From Podospora anserina (lineage: Eukaryota): 64,000 nucleotides of DNA. The notes under the pieces were generated by a model, which saw only the letters and a program-made list of their open reading frames with translations, was not told the origin of the DNA and did not search any database. The stretch is taken from contig CM030333.1 in assembly GCA_017654855.1 (NCBI GenBank), positions 868,001 to 932,000 on the forward strand, in the 5' to 3' direction. The translations under genes were made by a program, and so were the position numbers. Shown in pieces: positions 1-12,873 of the stretch (positions are counted from its first letter, which is position 1; each line of letters opens with the position of its first letter).

Positions 1-2074
1 GAGCACCAAAGCTCTGGTTAGAGTGAGCAGAAGGCACGCCGAGCCTCTCGGTCTGGCGCCGGAGCGAGTCCGATGTAATAGATTCGGCGTCATCGTCCAG
101 ATCCATGCCCTTGTTGAAACCCTCCTTGCCGCCACGAGCGGTAGCCGCGAGCGCGTCCAGCTCGGTAGTCGTCGTGAGGTGCGTCTGAGACTTCATGAAC
201 GAGGTTCTGTCATCGGCCATGTAGGTGTAGCGGCCATCCGGGTTGTCGCGGAAGATGACAATGACAGTGGTGACAATGAGCATCAACAGCAAAACCAGCG
301 CAAAGGAAGCATTAGCAATCCACAACACGACGCCCACAACGCCAGTGACGAGTCTGGGCTGGTTAAAGACCTCGGTGAAGATCATCAAAAAGATCGAGTT
401 GACAAAGTTGATGGCGCAGATGGCAATGTTGAAAGAGTTGGTGCTCTTGTCCATCCATGGGCGAAGGACGCTGGCGGCAATCAGGGCGCCGGCTTCAATG
501 ATGAGAAAACCCACGGCCTGAACGGTTCCCGAGTGCTGCGCAAAGGCGATGAACATGGCCTTGAGTCCCAAGTAGCCAAGGTAGGGCAGGATGAAGTAAT
601 AGGCGGAGGCTCTGAACTGCACGTAGAGGAAGCCCCACTTGTTAAGTGCCTGGGGGTCCGAGAAGAGGATATAGGCCGGGTTGTTGTGCATGACGATGGA
701 GCGGCGGGCAATCATAATCACCTTGAAGGCGGCCCAGCAGAGCGTGGTCGTCATTCCGATCAGGAAAAAGACAGCCAAGACCATCAGGGCAGCCGAATCG
801 TTCTGGGTGAACTCCCACAAGCACATGATGGCCATGGACGGGAACCCGATGAGGGTAAGACGGAACAAGATGCCCTTGAGGACCGTGAGCCAGCCGTTGC
901 GGAAGTCGAGGAACTTGTCGCTGTCCATCATCTTGTTCTTGACGGCCATCTCGCAGGCACCCTTGAAAGCGGCCACGGCCAGACTGACAAAAATGACCAT
1001 CAAGCAGAAGAAGGCCACGCAAGTCATGAAAACGTTGGTCGACTCGATGCCTGCGCGGAAGGCCACACGCTGGATCCCGTACACGATGTAACTGCCGGAG
1101 CTGGTCTCGATATTGGCGCGACGCATGAGGTCCCGCTTCATGGCTTGCCCGAGAGGCTCAGCGATGCTCCTCGGCATCATGGCCACAGAGCGCTTCGCGA
1201 GGCTCATACCAGCTTCGATAAAATCCAGAGATCGCTTCTCAACTTGCACGGAAACGGTCGTAAGCGAGTCGAAGATGGTGGCCGGAGTACCACCAGTGGC
1301 GCGCTGGTACCAGGTAAAGATGTCCTGCATGAACTCGAGACGAATGATTCCCATGCTCCACTGGAAATCCTGGGTCCACGACATGACAACAGGCGGCAGA
1401 GGCACACCAGTGAGACCAAGCATGGCCTGGGCCTGGAAGTAACCAAAGAGCGAGAGGGCGTTGGCAGCGACGTGGGAAGCGGCATTGTAGTGACCGAGAC
1501 CAGACATGATAGCCGACGATGTGAGAGCCAAACCAGCGACAATGGCAGTAGCCCACTTGACACCAAGCAAATCCACCGTCTTTCCGTTGGAAATATCAGC
1601 CTCCACGCAAGCAACAGCGTTTCCTTCCTCGGGACCATCCGTCATGGTAAAAATCACCTTTACGGTGGCGTCGAGATCGGGGAAGTTGTAGGCGATTCCA
1701 GGTACTTGTTCCAGGGCGTCACCGGTGACGGGAAGGTTGAAGTTGAGAGGAATCTTGCCTGCTGTCATGGGACAGAGACCAGCCAGACCCATATCGCATG
1801 GGCTGACTTTTTGCTTGATGATGGGGAAACCATAGGCCGAGACCTCGACATCGAAAGTGACGTTGCCCTGGACTGACGAGACAGCTACAATGTCGACGTT
1901 GGCTGTTTTGTTATTTGGTGTGAAGACGACCTTGAACAAGCTGGCGCTGAACAGCGAGTTTTCCTGACAAGAGTTGAGCGAGTTCGACTGGAGAATCGGC
2001 TCTGCCATTGCTGGTGCGACGAGCGCCGCGAGCGACGCGAAGGCCGCAACGGGCCGTGTTAAAGATAACCTCAT
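1..2074 (-). CDS. TRP-like flavin-carrier (FLC/Pkd2 family) membrane protein, 3' end outside the window
   Basis: ATG at 2074 (minus). Reads as a signal peptide MRLSLTRPVAAFASLAALVAPAMA, then TRP_N-like domain (PGIAYNFPDLDATV, VACVEADISNGKTV) and TM region (SLFGYFQAQAMLGL, WTQDFQWSMGII). No stop inside the window, which would explain its absence from the ORF track. Confidence 0.9.
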   Translation of the reverse strand, partial: MRLSLTRPVAAFASLAALVAPAMAEPILQSNSLNSCQENSLFSASLFKVVFTPNNKTANVDIVAVSSVQGNVTFDVEVSAYGFPIIKQKVSPCDMGLAGLCPMTAGKIPLNFNLPVTGDALEQVPGIAYNFPDLDATVKVIFTMTDGPEEGNAVACVEADISNGKTVDLLGVKWATAIVAGLALTSSAIMSGLGHYNAASHVAANALSLFGYFQAQAMLGLTGVPLPPVVMSWTQDFQWSMGIIRLEFMQDIFTWYQRATGGTPATIFDSLTTVSVQVEKRSLDFIEAGMSLAKRSVAMMPRSIAEPLGQAMKRDLMRRANIETSSGSYIVYGIQRVAFRAGIESTNVFMTCVAFFCLMVIFVSLAVAAFKGACEMAVKNKMMDSDKFLDFRNGWLTVLKGILFRLTLIGFPSMAIMCLWEFTQNDSAALMVLAVFFLIGMTTTLCWAAFKVIMIARRSIVMHNNPAYILFSDPQALNKWGFLYVQFRASAYYFILPYLGYLGLKAMFIAFAQHSGTVQAVGFLIIEAGALIAASVLRPWMDKSTNSFNIAICAINFVNSIFLMIFTEVFNQPRLVTGVVGVVLWIANASFALVLLLMLIVTTVIVIFRDNPDGRYTYMADDRTSFMKSQTHLTTTTELDALAATARGGKEGFNKGMDLDDDAESITSDSLRRQTERLGVPSAHSNQSFGA

Positions 2075-4641
2075 GGTGACCAACAATCGATTCAGATGAC
2101 AGGCGGCAGTCTAAACAACCTGTGCTTTTTTAGAGAGTCGGGAGTTGGCGTGAGGTGGGTGAGTGGTGCGGCGTAATTGGTTTGTTTACTCGGTTTGAAC
2201 CAGTCGCTTCTTTTGCGGTCGTCCGTTGCTTTGTCCGTCGAGTTTGCAAAACCGTGAGCCGCCAGCGTGCAGGTGTCGGTAGAGAGAGCCTGTATTTTTG
2301 GTAAAGAAACAGACTGGAAGATGAAGAACAGCTAAACGAGGCGCTGAGAGAAATTTCGAAGGGAAACCAGGGAAGAATGCGGAATGAAGACGGCGTCGAG
2401 TGAAGAGGCGCGCGCGCGCTGTGAGAATCGAAGGTGGGTTGCTTTTGGTGTCGATTGTTGGCAGGGAGAATAGTACAAAAAGCGAGAGTATGCTGCCAAA
2501 CAACGGCGACCAGTTGGCTAGTTACGCCAATGCTGAGAATTCCGCCACCTTTTCTCTCAAAAACGACAGTGAGAAGAAGGAGATTTTGCAACCATCAAGC
2601 GGATGCAAAAATCTATGTGGTGGTGAGAGGTGGAAATGGAAGTCTGAGTGAGAGAAGCGGAAGACGAGGGAGCATTTGGGATTAGGGGGGTCTGAGAGGA
2701 AACGGGGGACACAGCGCTTGTGTCGCGGTGCAGCAGGTCTTCTGTCGTAATGAGCGCACGGGGGGGGAGCGGGAAGCGCCAATGCCTGCCAACCGTCTCT
2801 GCCAGGGTAGCGCCCGTTAATGCACGCTTGGAGATGAGATCGCCATGTTAGTGCATGACGATACAAATGTCATGACTTGTGCCCAACGGCGGGTCAACCG
2901 CTATCTCGTGGCCGGGTGTTACAGACTGGGCTCTAACAGTTCAACCTCACAGCGCGTAGCCGAGACCGTCGAACCCCTTATTACTCAATGCAGTGCTACT
3001 GTCGGAGAATTCGATTTCTTCATCGACATTCATGATGGATGGATATTTCTCATGAGCAAAACAACAGAATGAAGAGACATTCGTATTGCATTCCAAGAGT
3101 CTTGACGCTTTCTTGGGAGGCGCTGGGCGAGACTTGGGAGGAATCGCCAAGCAGGGAATTTGAACATGTTGTTCTCCGCGAGTTCCGTCATAGCATTCCG
3201 TTCCCTCAACGGTGAGAGGGTGCGATCATCAACACCGCCCCCCTCTTGCGAGCTTTCCAAGATCTTGTCTGCATCTTGCACACGCAAGCTCCATCTCTTT
3301 TCTGTCACTACCAGCCACCGAACCGATAGAAAACGTTGCAAATCCATCCTAGAAATCGGATACGGATTGTAATGAAGGGGACTTGCACAGCCCCCCCACC
3401 AACATCCCGGCAATGAAACGGGAGCGCCCCCCCGCTTCAAAAAGCTCGCTCCGGTCCACGTTTCTGACCAGTCCGTTTTGTCCGTGTTGGTCGCCATGAT
3501 CACGGCTCGTTTTGGGTGGGAAATCGACAGGCAAGAGCAAGAGATGTCATTTGTTTATTTACCACTTCCCTGGTTCACAAGAGGCAGCCTTCATGATGTC
3601 TGCAGATGCGGTGGCGGCCAATCAGGTCGTGACCCCTCCCTCTGATGACATGCAGCAGGTACAAGGTGGTGTTGGGTGTGCCCCTCCAGCCTTCAAGGTC
3701 CAGACCACTGAGGGCGCCAAGAGGTATCCATGGGAAGACGAAATCGTCAGTCTCTTGGGTTTGTGATCCAGAGTTTGGACCTGGAGAAGAAAAGACAAAT
3801 GGAGTTGTCAGTCCGGTCAGTTGCTCCCGTCGAACGCACATCCATGGCGATCTCCCACTCTCAAACATTGGCGTCTCTCGGGAACTGCAGCATGCGAAAC
3901 GTTCCATCTGATGTCCCGCCAAGGGTCCCTGTGGTTATCATTTTTTTTGGTCTGGCCCTCTCTCACGAGACCGCGAAAATGGTGATGGCAGTTGATGAGG
4001 CGGAGCATGTTTGCTCTCTTTTTACGAGCTTGATTTTTGATGACCGGACAGCCTCTCCGGGGGGTGACGCTTGAGTATAAGTCGATACAGTTGAACCGAG
4101 CGCAGCGCTACTTGACACTTGTGGCTGCCGCTGGTCATCCCATGTCGAGCATGAGAAACGGCGACGGTGACACTCATCCTTCAAATAGCTTGGGCCTTCT
4201 TATATGGTGTCCCGTGAAGCCAAATGATCCTCTCGCAGGCACAGGCGCGGCTCCCAGATTAAACAAGATGGACACAAGGTCCATCTGGCTCAAGGTCTTG
4301 ATGGTCACTTACACACAAACTTGGCAGGGGTTAGGGCCCAGAGAGAGAGGTTGTCTAATCTGACCTCTGACTTCCCTCGCTAAAGGGTTAGGGTCTCCCT
4401 GCATCAGCTTTATTAGATGCACACGATAAGATAACGTGTCTCCCACATGCCGATGACCTCATGTGAAGGTAGCTCTAAGCAACCACCCCCACCATCATCG
4501 CTAGCATCACCGTATAGACTAGACAGCTATCGGCGACTATCCTCACTGCATCTTGGAACAACCAACCGTTGAACCGTCTCTGAACCCAAGACCCTGTACC
4601 TAAACTCCCACCCATCTGCCCACCCGGCACCTCCGACAAAC

Positions 4642-5859
4642 ATGTTCCTCCTCCGCCGACCACCTCGGTTCAGACCATCCCGCATCTTCAGCCATGTCCC
4701 CCACCAAAAGCCAACACCCAGATCACCACCACCACCACCACCATCACCACAATCCCTCCGCTCCTATCCCCAACCAAGATGGCACTCCACCAAACCCCCT
4801 CCCCCAGAAGAAGAGGAAATCCACCAGCGCATCATACCCCACAAGCGCAACCCCTACAACCCCTCCAACAACCGCAACCCCTACTCCTACCGAACCTACA
4901 ACAACGACCACTACATCCGCCTCCAAGCCGCCGAGCCCCTCCGCGGCCCATCAAAGATCACAACCACAGCCGTAATAGCCATCGCCACAACCGCCGGCCT
5001 CCTCTTTTACTTTGCGAACCTCGAAAAGGTGCCCGTGTCCAACCGCACCCGGTTCAACGTCTACGGACCAGACTCCTCCACCCTAAAGTCAGTAGCCGAG
5101 ATGAGCTACAAGAGGTTGTTGATCGAACTGCAAGATCAAGGAGCGAGGATACTACCCGAGTGGGATCCACGGACTGTGAGAGTGAGGAGGGTGATGCAGA
5201 GACTCATTCCCTTTAGCGGAATGGGCGCGAATCAAGACTGGGAAATCTTCGTCATCGATGCCCCAAACCAAGCCAACGCTTTTGTCCTGCCCGGCGGAAA
5301 AGTCTTTGTGTTCAGCGGCATCATGAACCTCGCCCGAGGCGACAGCGCCCTCGCCACCGTTCTAGGCCATGAGATAGCCCACAATGTCGCAGGGCATTTT
5401 GGCGAGAGGCTGTCGCAGGACATTGGGAAGAATATCCTTTTGTTCAGTCTCATGCTGCTTGGGGGGGTGATTGGGATTGGGCCGTTGATTGCGGGGTGGT
5501 TTGGGACGAGCGTGATTGATATCACTTTTGGGAACCCGATGAGCAGACTTCAGGAGACGGAGGCGGATTATATTGGGTTGATGATGATGAGTGAGGCGTG
5601 TTTTGACCCGAGGGATGCGGTGGGGTTTTGGGGGCGGATGGAGATGGTGGGACAGAGGGAGGTTGCGAGGGGAGGGGTGGATGTACCGGAGTGGGCGAGC
5701 ACGCATCCGAGCAATGCTAATCGGATAAAGAAGATACAGGAGTGGCTGCCCGAGGCGATGAGGAAGAGGGAGGATAGTGATTGTAGTACTACGGGGTCGA
5801 CGGCGGATGCGTTCAGGCGGGCGTTGGAGACGGGGGGGTTTATTATTATGGGGTGGTGA
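4642..5859 (+). CDS. oma1: Mitochondrial M48 metallopeptidase Oma1-like
   Basis: Arg/Pro-rich presequence-like N-terminus, TM segment followed by VPVSNRTRF, NAFVLPGGKVFVFSG, HEIAH zinc motif, SRLQETEADYIG and STHPS. Confidence 0.92.
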   Translation: MFLLRRPPRFRPSRIFSHVPHQKPTPRSPPPPPPSPQSLRSYPQPRWHSTKPPPPEEEEIHQRIIPHKRNPYNPSNNRNPYSYRTYNNDHYIRLQAAEPLRGPSKITTTAVIAIATTAGLLFYFANLEKVPVSNRTRFNVYGPDSSTLKSVAEMSYKRLLIELQDQGARILPEWDPRTVRVRRVMQRLIPFSGMGANQDWEIFVIDAPNQANAFVLPGGKVFVFSGIMNLARGDSALATVLGHEIAHNVAGHFGERLSQDIGKNILLFSLMLLGGVIGIGPLIAGWFGTSVIDITFGNPMSRLQETEADYIGLMMMSEACFDPRDAVGFWGRMEMVGQREVARGGVDVPEWASTHPSNANRIKKIQEWLPEAMRKREDSDCSTTGSTADAFRRALETGGFIIMGW

Positions 5860-6517
5860 CGGGGAGCGGGGTGTAGGAGGGAAAAGCGCCGTTCCAAGGG
5901 ACAGGATTGTGATTTTCTAGCGTGGAGTTGGGGACATTTTGTTTTGCCACCCGTGAGGGTATGTAACATGAAGGGCGGTGTATGAGAGAGGGATGTAAAG
6001 TAGTTGCTGGGCTGTCTACACCACTTGATCAATTTACAGGGAATAAATCATCCAAGGGCCGTCAAGCATGGTTGCCATTGATCCGAGCCCAAACAAAGTC
6101 TTGGATACTAAAATCAAATATCGGATATGCGAACTGTCAAGCTCAGACTATGTATCATCTACAAGCACTGCAAGCCCGGATAGTGGATAGTTGAAGCTGA
6201 GATCTTATATTGGGAGTGGCATCATGGTGTTGCTTCAAGATATGTGACAAATCACTCTTTTAGAAATCTCTTGCCCCTGTGACTCTTGTAATCATGAATC
6301 TATAGATATCACCGGCCACACCCTCTCTTACAAGCCTTTACCCACAACAAAACCACCAAACAAGATGAATCCAAACATCTCCACTTCGAAGGAACAACAT
6401 CGCCCCTTTTCTCTATCATATCCATACCTATACAAATACTAAACACAGTGGTATCACTCCCCATTCCACTCCCCATTCCACTCCCCTTCCATTCCCTCTC
6501 CCCTTATCAACCTCCCC

Positions 6518-7309
6518 TCAGATCAGCGCCAACCCCCCAAAATCCCTCTCATCAATCGGCTTATACCTCTCCGCCAAAACCTCCTCCACACTCCTCTCCA
6601 ACCGCCTCTCCCTCTTCGCCTGGTCAAACCTCTCCGCCAGCGCCCTCTCAATCTCACTCACACCCTCCAACTTAGCCTCAAGCTTCCCCTCCAGCTTCTC
6701 CTCCGCCAAGTAAACCTTTGCCTTTGCCTTTCCATAAACCTCCTTCCCCTTCTCCACCGTCCTCTCAACAACCTCCCCAATCTTTTTTTCTGCTCTAAAA
6801 AGTCCCTTCTCAGCCGTCTGCCATCCTTCTCTGCTTGCGTCTGCTACTCGCTCCTTGATGGCGGGGGCATTATGCGCCAGGTCGACGACGGCGGAGGAGG
6901 CGGTTGATTCGATAGCGGGGGAGTGGGACTGGGCCCAGTTTACTGCGGCGATGACCTCTGAGTTCCAGCGGGACTTTGCTTCTTCTAGGAAGGAGGTGGT
7001 GGTGGAGGCGAGGGTTTGGCGGGGGATGTAGGTGTGTGTGCCGTCGGTGGTGATGTAGGATGATTTGCGGGGGGGGAGGGTGGAAGAAGACAGGGGGTTG
7101 AGGGTGTCGAGGGTGTGGGATTGGGAGCGGAGGAGGGTGGATTGGACTTCGCGGTTGCGGCGGTGGGTGTGGAGGGCTAGGTAGGTTAGGGAGAGGGTGA
7201 GGGTTAGGCCTCCGGTCTGTTTGTTGTGTGACTGGTTAGAAATGAATGGGAAGGGTAAAAAGGGGGAAGGGGGAAAGGGGGAACATGCGAAGCCGGCTAT
7301 GAAGCCCAT
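6518..7309 (-). CDS. MICOS subunit Mic12/Aim5-like protein; exons 7309-7289 and 7216-6518
   Basis: Removing a 72-nt intron (GCATGT...CTAAC...ACAG) gives MGFIAGF-TGGLTLTLSLTYLALHTHRRNR and later EEAKSRWNSEV, as recalled for fungal Aim5/Mic12 proteins. Confidence 0.72.
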   Translation of the reverse strand: MGFIAGFACSPFPPSPFLPFPFISNQSHNKQTGGLTLTLSLTYLALHTHRRNREVQSTLLRSQSHTLDTLNPLSSSTLPPRKSSYITTDGTHTYIPRQTLASTTTSFLEEAKSRWNSEVIAAVNWAQSHSPAIESTASSAVVDLAHNAPAIKERVADASREGWQTAEKGLFRAEKKIGEVVERTVEKGKEVYGKAKAKVYLAEEKLEGKLEAKLEGVSEIERALAERFDQAKRERRLERSVEEVLAERYKPIDERDFGGLALI

Positions 7310-7864
7310 TTTGGTGTCTGGCGGTGGTGGTGATGATGGTATGAACCCTGAAGGTGCGCGATTAGGGGAGGAGCGCGCAAAGGCGCAACGCGGTGACCCG
7401 GCGGTCGGAGGTTATGCGATGCTCAAAGGCAGGAAGGAATGGAAAAGCTGCAGTTAATTGACCCTTCCCCAACTGAAGCGCATGTTGTTCAGATAACCGT
7501 TGGAAGCAACAAGTCCACGAAGTGACGTAGAGAGATGGGCTTGTGAACAACAGCAACAGGGGACCCAAGGGGCACCCGGGCTTGGCACTCATCCCGACAC
7601 CGTTGGCCCCCACTTGTGGCTTTTGCGCTCCCGGCCGGCAAAAGAGACGGCCGGCGCTGATAAGATCAAAAATTCATAGGTACCGTACCGGAGCGCAAAG
7701 AGACACACAATACACCAGTTGCCCATCCCGCCGAGGCGCATCCGAACCCACCCACCACCCCGGCGCACCCATTGACGACGACGACGACAACTTTGATACC
7801 CCAGCCTTCCCAACCCAACCTCCCCACCTCTAACCTACCTACCCCCCCAAAACAAACCTTCAAA

Positions 7865-8497
7865 ATGGCCGGCGGCCACGTCAAATACCGCCACCTCTCC
7901 CGCACCTCCTCCCACCGTCAAGCCCTCCTCCGCAACCTCGTCACCGAGCTCGTCCGCCAGGAGTCAATCCACACAACATGGCCCAAAGCCAAAGAAGCCC
8001 AGCGCCTCGCCGAGAGGCTCATCACCTATGCCAAAAAGAACAACGAAACCAGCAGGAGACAAGCCCAAGGCATCCTCTTTGTACGTCCCTTCCCCCTCCT
8101 ACCCTTCCCCACCGCCCCCTCTAACCAGCAAATATAGACCCCCGACGAACTAATGCCCAAACTCTTCGGCCCCATCCGCGAGCGCTACCTCAACCGCCCC
8201 GGCGGCTACACCCGCGTCCTCCGCACCATGCCCAAAAACAAGTTCGACCAGGGCGACTCCGCCATCCTCGAGCTAGTCGACGGGCCAAAGGACATGAGAT
8301 TTGCCATCACCGCCGCCGCTGTGGCAAGAGACAGGAAATTGGGGACGGGACACACGGACATCACGATTAAGAATATCCAAAAGGTCACGCAGTTTAGGCC
8401 TGAGGGGAGGGATCAGTTTGAGGAGATGGTTGAAAAGGTTGCCGGGCTGCAGCTGAACATGAATGAGCTCAAGGACAAGGCGGTCAAGAAGGAGTAG
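7865..8497 (+). CDS. mrpl17: Mitochondrial large ribosomal subunit protein bL17m; intron 8081-8137
   Basis: L17 signature YRHLSRTSSHRQALLRNLVT...IHTTWPKAKE and RYLNRPGGYTRV; GTACGT...CTAAC...TAG intron joins the two track ORFs. Confidence 0.93.
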
Positions 8498-8723
8498 ATC
8501 AGACAAGATGGGTGTATTTTGTATAATATGGGGGTGGGAAGGTGGTGGTGGGAAAAATGCGCGCAAACAATTCTTCACAAGTGTAATTTTACAAAACAGC
8601 TAGAACAAAAAGGTATGGGAGGGCTGAAAACCACCGGAAGGTGGGGGGCAAAAAACATAAAGAACGAGCAAAAACGATTAAAAACAAGATTGAATCTTCT
8701 CTATACGCATCCGGGTGAAGAGA

Positions 8724-11021
8724 CTATACAAAATCAAAAGTGTCCCCCTGCTCCTTGATCATCTTTCCTACCCTCGAAGTCCCCACAATCCTCTCCAGCT
8801 TCATCAAGTCATACTTACTAAACATCACCCTGACCACTCCCTGTCCGTGCTCCACCATCAAGCTCTGCTCGCTCTTCTGGAGGTAGCCACCCGCAATCTC
8901 TCGGTAGAAAAGCGGGTTGTCCGGTAACGAGTACATAATCACCCTCTTGACACCCTTGATCTGATACCGTCTAAAGTGGTGGGCTCGCTCGGTGTACAGC
9001 AGCACCTTGTGCCTTCCCGTCAGGAAATGAGACCTCGCCCTGGAAGCCTCGGGAATGTCCGCGTATTCGGATATGGTACCAAAGGTGACAGCCTCCACGA
9101 TGGGGTTGTTGGCGAAGAAGTTTCTGACCCGGACAAAGTCGAGATAGGAAGGGATGAAGATGAGGGTGCCGTTGGCGTCTTTGGCATTGCGCTTGGTGAG
9201 AAGAGGCACGATGGCCTTGGTGAAGTAGTTGAAACGGGCGTCTGGGTCGGCGGCGACGGTGGGGGCGTCGAAGCGGCTGAATGTTTGGCGAGCCTTGACA
9301 GGGAGATATTGGATTGTGCCGGGGCATTCTTGTTGGAGACGGACTTTGCCGGCCCAGTTGTGACAGTGGGCACGCATGAGCTCGGCCAGCTCGGGGGTGT
9401 TGAAGGCCGAGAATACGACAGTCTGGCGGAAGTACTTGGCCTGGTCGTCGAGGTACCAGCTGCGGACACGGCTAAAGTCGCAGCCGTGGGCGTCCTTGGG
9501 TTGGATGTTGAGGTGCTCGAAGATAAACTCGACGTGCTCCCAGTTCTGCATCAGGAGAGCGTCGGCTTGATCGACAATGACGAGCTCGATCGACGAGAGG
9601 AAGTCAAAGTCGACCTTTCTTTCTTCTTCGGAACCGATGGCCATACGGAGACCCAGAGGACTAGCAAAGATGATGTCCGAGTTGTAGAACTGAGAAAAGT
9701 ACTTGACAGACTTGCGGGTGAACTTCATCCCGAGGCGGAACATGTCGTCGTCGTTGCCTGAGAAGAGGTCCCGGAAATCTTCTGGCTTGTCATCAGAGAA
9801 CTTGGACAGCTTTTCGATATATCCGTCTTCAAAACGCTTCCTGTTCTCCTGCTGGTCTGGTTGGCAAACAGAAAGAATGCTGTCGACCATCTTGACGCAT
9901 GACTGCCTAGTTGGGAGTAGCATGAGAACTTTGGGACGGGTGAAGCCCTGATCCCTAAGCTCGAGGTCTTCGTTGGCATCGGCTTTGGCGAGTCTGGCGT
10001 TGTTCTTGATCACTCGGTCGCGGGTCTTGTAAAGATGATTGAGAGCATGCAAGGCCGCCAGATTCCGAAGATCCTGTGATGATCCAACTGTTCTGTCGCA
10101 GTACAGCATATCCCGATAGTTGAAAAGGAACGGTGCCACGGTCTTCTCAACAACGCCAAAGGTTGATCTTTTGAATTCCATAACCTCCTTCAGCCGTTTT
10201 TTGAGATGCAGATTCGAAACACTCGTTATTGGTGCTGGTAATGGCAACTCCTGTCCGTCCTCTGTCTGTGGATAACTCCAATAGGCCCTGGTGGACTCAA
10301 AAGGCTGCCGTTGCATCTTCCATTTTCCGTTTTGCGCAGCTCGCACTCTTGGCGGTACTGTGTTTTCGTCGGGGTTTGAGATGTGAGTTTCGAATGGGTC
10401 GGTCTCGTCCAGATCATCGTCCTCATCAAAGAGATCTTCGGGTTGGATATCAGCGGTGTCCTCCTCAGCCTCTTCAACTTCGTCAACATCTCTTTGCTCC
10501 TCCTGCTCATCGTCTCTCTCATCCTCGTCGCCAGATTCTGGCGCTGGCGCTGCCTCTGGTTGATTGTCCTCTGCTGGAGCATGGTCAAGCTTTCTCCTCT
10601 TTGCCTTTTGCGGGTTAGTCTCAATGAGTCTCTTCATGAGATTTACATATGGCTGAGCGGACGTGGCATCCTCCTCCTCATCCGAATCCGAATCAACAAG
10701 ACTCATGACATCAGACTGCTCCTCCTCGTCCTCTGGAACACCTTCATCTTCACTTTGGGAATCGCTGAATTCTGTCAGTCAGGACCTTTTTGTTTCAACG
10801 AGTTGAATGACTTACTCATCATTCGCAAGTCGTGCGCTGTCGAACTTGGCGCTGCGTGGTTCTGTCGGTGCGCGTGCTCTTCCTCGCCCTCTACCTCTCG
10901 TTCCACCTCTTCCTCGGGATGCAAATCCTTCTCTTGCGCCGCCTCTTGATCCTCCCCGTGAGCCTCCACGCGAGCCTCCCCGAGGTCCTCCTCTAAATCC
11001 TGCACCTCCTCTTGGTCCCAT
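8724..11021 (-). CDS. utp25: U3 snoRNA-associated protein Utp25 (Def family); intron 10815-10765
   Basis: [44 protein letters not shown] motifs. RGG-rich exon 1 from ATG 11021 joins in frame through GTAAGT...CTGAC...TTCAG. Confidence 0.93.
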
Positions 11022-11639
11022 CTTTGACCTTTGAGTGAATGAGTTTGTGATGCAATTTGACTGCAACAAGTCAATCGATGGCAGTTTGCCAGAAAAGCTG
11101 TATAAATTTATTGTATTTTCAGCCTTGCCGCGCCGGCAATCCAGTAAGCCCCATGCCAAGAGACAAACCAACCAGGGTCGTTAGAAGTGCCCCACTGAAA
11201 GCCGTTCGCAGAGCTCCCGCTGAAAAAAAAAAAAAATGATGGGCAGCCTCGCGGGTGCTGCAGAGTTGAAAGAAAACTGCCCAAAAACTGCCCCGCCACT
11301 TATCAGCTTATCTTAGCGCGCACAACCACACAGGTCCCGCATCGGCTGCAAAACCAAAAATTCGAGGTCTGACCCCAGCCCACCGCAGGCTCAGGCTCAG
11401 GTTCGTGCCAGTTGAGTTGAAAGAAAGAGAAGGGTCCATTTTTTGCTGGCCAGTGACGAATCTCCTCCCCGACCCGCTCAGAGGCAGACTTCCCTTGTCT
11501 CCTCCCCCCATAATCTACTCCATAGCTGGCCGTCAATTTTCCCTTTGCCTTGCCCCGGGGTCCAACGTCCACTCATTCCCGATAATCGTCCATCACCACT
11601 CCCAAACCACCACCCCGAGACCACCCGAGACCACTCAAC

Positions 11640-12873
11640 ATGGCTGTCGACCAGGAGAACTTTGTCCACCTCACCAGGCCGCTTGCGCCCACCCTCCTGG
11701 GCTTCGGTGCCGGTAGTGCCCCGCTTACCGTCAACATCCAGCCCCAAGTATGCCAGCCCCTCCTATCCTACCTACTACTCCCGGACCAGCACTCTTCCCC
11801 CAATGGCACCTTGATGTCTAGACTGGGTGTCATGCTGTACGATCGCATTCCTGGAAGGCTAACCGTGCCATCTCTAGTCTGTCTTCTCCATCATCGACCA
11901 TGCCGTCCGCCGCGATATCAACGGCTCCAACTCGAACCGCGTAATCGGCGCCCTCGTTGGCACCCGCAGCGAAGATGGAAGCGAGGTCGAGGTCCGCTCT
12001 GCTTTCGCCATCCCCCACGTCGAGACCGACGACCAAGTCGAAGTCGATGTCGATTACCAAAAGAACATGCTCGCTTTGACCCTCAAGGCCGCCCCCCGCG
12101 AGCAGCTTCTCGGCTGGTACACCACCTCCCACGAGCTCAACTCCTTCTCGGCCCTTATCCAAAACTTCTTCGCCTCCCCAGAGACCGGCACCTTCCCCCA
12201 CCCCGCCGTCCACCTCACCATCTCTTCCGACGCCGGCAGCGCCATCTCCACAAAGACGTACGTCTCCGCTCCGGTGACGGTTGTCTCTGAGCGCGCCGCC
12301 GATACCTGTCTCTTCATTGAGGTTCCTCACAAGCTGTTGATCGCCGACTCGGACCGCTCTGCCCTGAGCACCGTCTCCTCGGCCGCCCACACCGAAGCTC
12401 GCGCCGCCCCTGTTGTCTCGGATATTGAGAACCTCGCTCAATCGCTCGAGGTTGTCTCTGACCTGTTGGAGCGTGTTTCCGGATTCGTCGGTGAGGTCCT
12501 CGACGAGGAGCGTGACGGCTCCCACGCCCTCGGGCAGTATCTTATGAACGCCTTGTCTCTTGCGCCCAAGGTGTCCAACCTCCAGATCGAGAACGACTTC
12601 AACAGCCACATCCAGGACGTCCTCATGGTCAGCTACCTGGCCAACACGATCCGCACCCAGATCGACCTGTCGCAGCGTCTTGCCACAGCCACCATTGTCG
12701 GATTTGGCGGCGAGGCCGGTGAGAAGAAGGAGGGCGAGGAGGGCGAGAAGAAGGAGGGCCGTGAGGGCGGCGGCGGCGGTCGCGGAAGGGGAGGGAAGCG
12801 TGGTGGTCGTGGCGGTGGTCGTGGTGGAAATCAACAAAGGGAACCGAGGGAGCCCCGGGAGAATGGCGAGTAG
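11640..12873 (+). CDS. eIF3f: Translation initiation factor eIF3 subunit F (MPN domain); intron 11748-11877
   Basis: Spliced product ...[18 protein letters not shown]...[44 protein letters not shown]-rich tail. Confidence 0.92.

Noticed and set aside
23-1876. 617-aa plus-strand ORF
   Set aside because: Antisense shadow of the FLC/TRP-like gene; the recognisable protein is on the minus strand.
2130-4400. Many short ORFs between the FLC gene and oma1
   Set aside because: No recognisable domain or consistent exon chain; treated as intergenic.
11830-12837. 335-aa minus ORF (similarly 8976-9761, 25237-26235, 31031-32164)
   Set aside because: Antisense to better-supported genes and without recognisable motifs.
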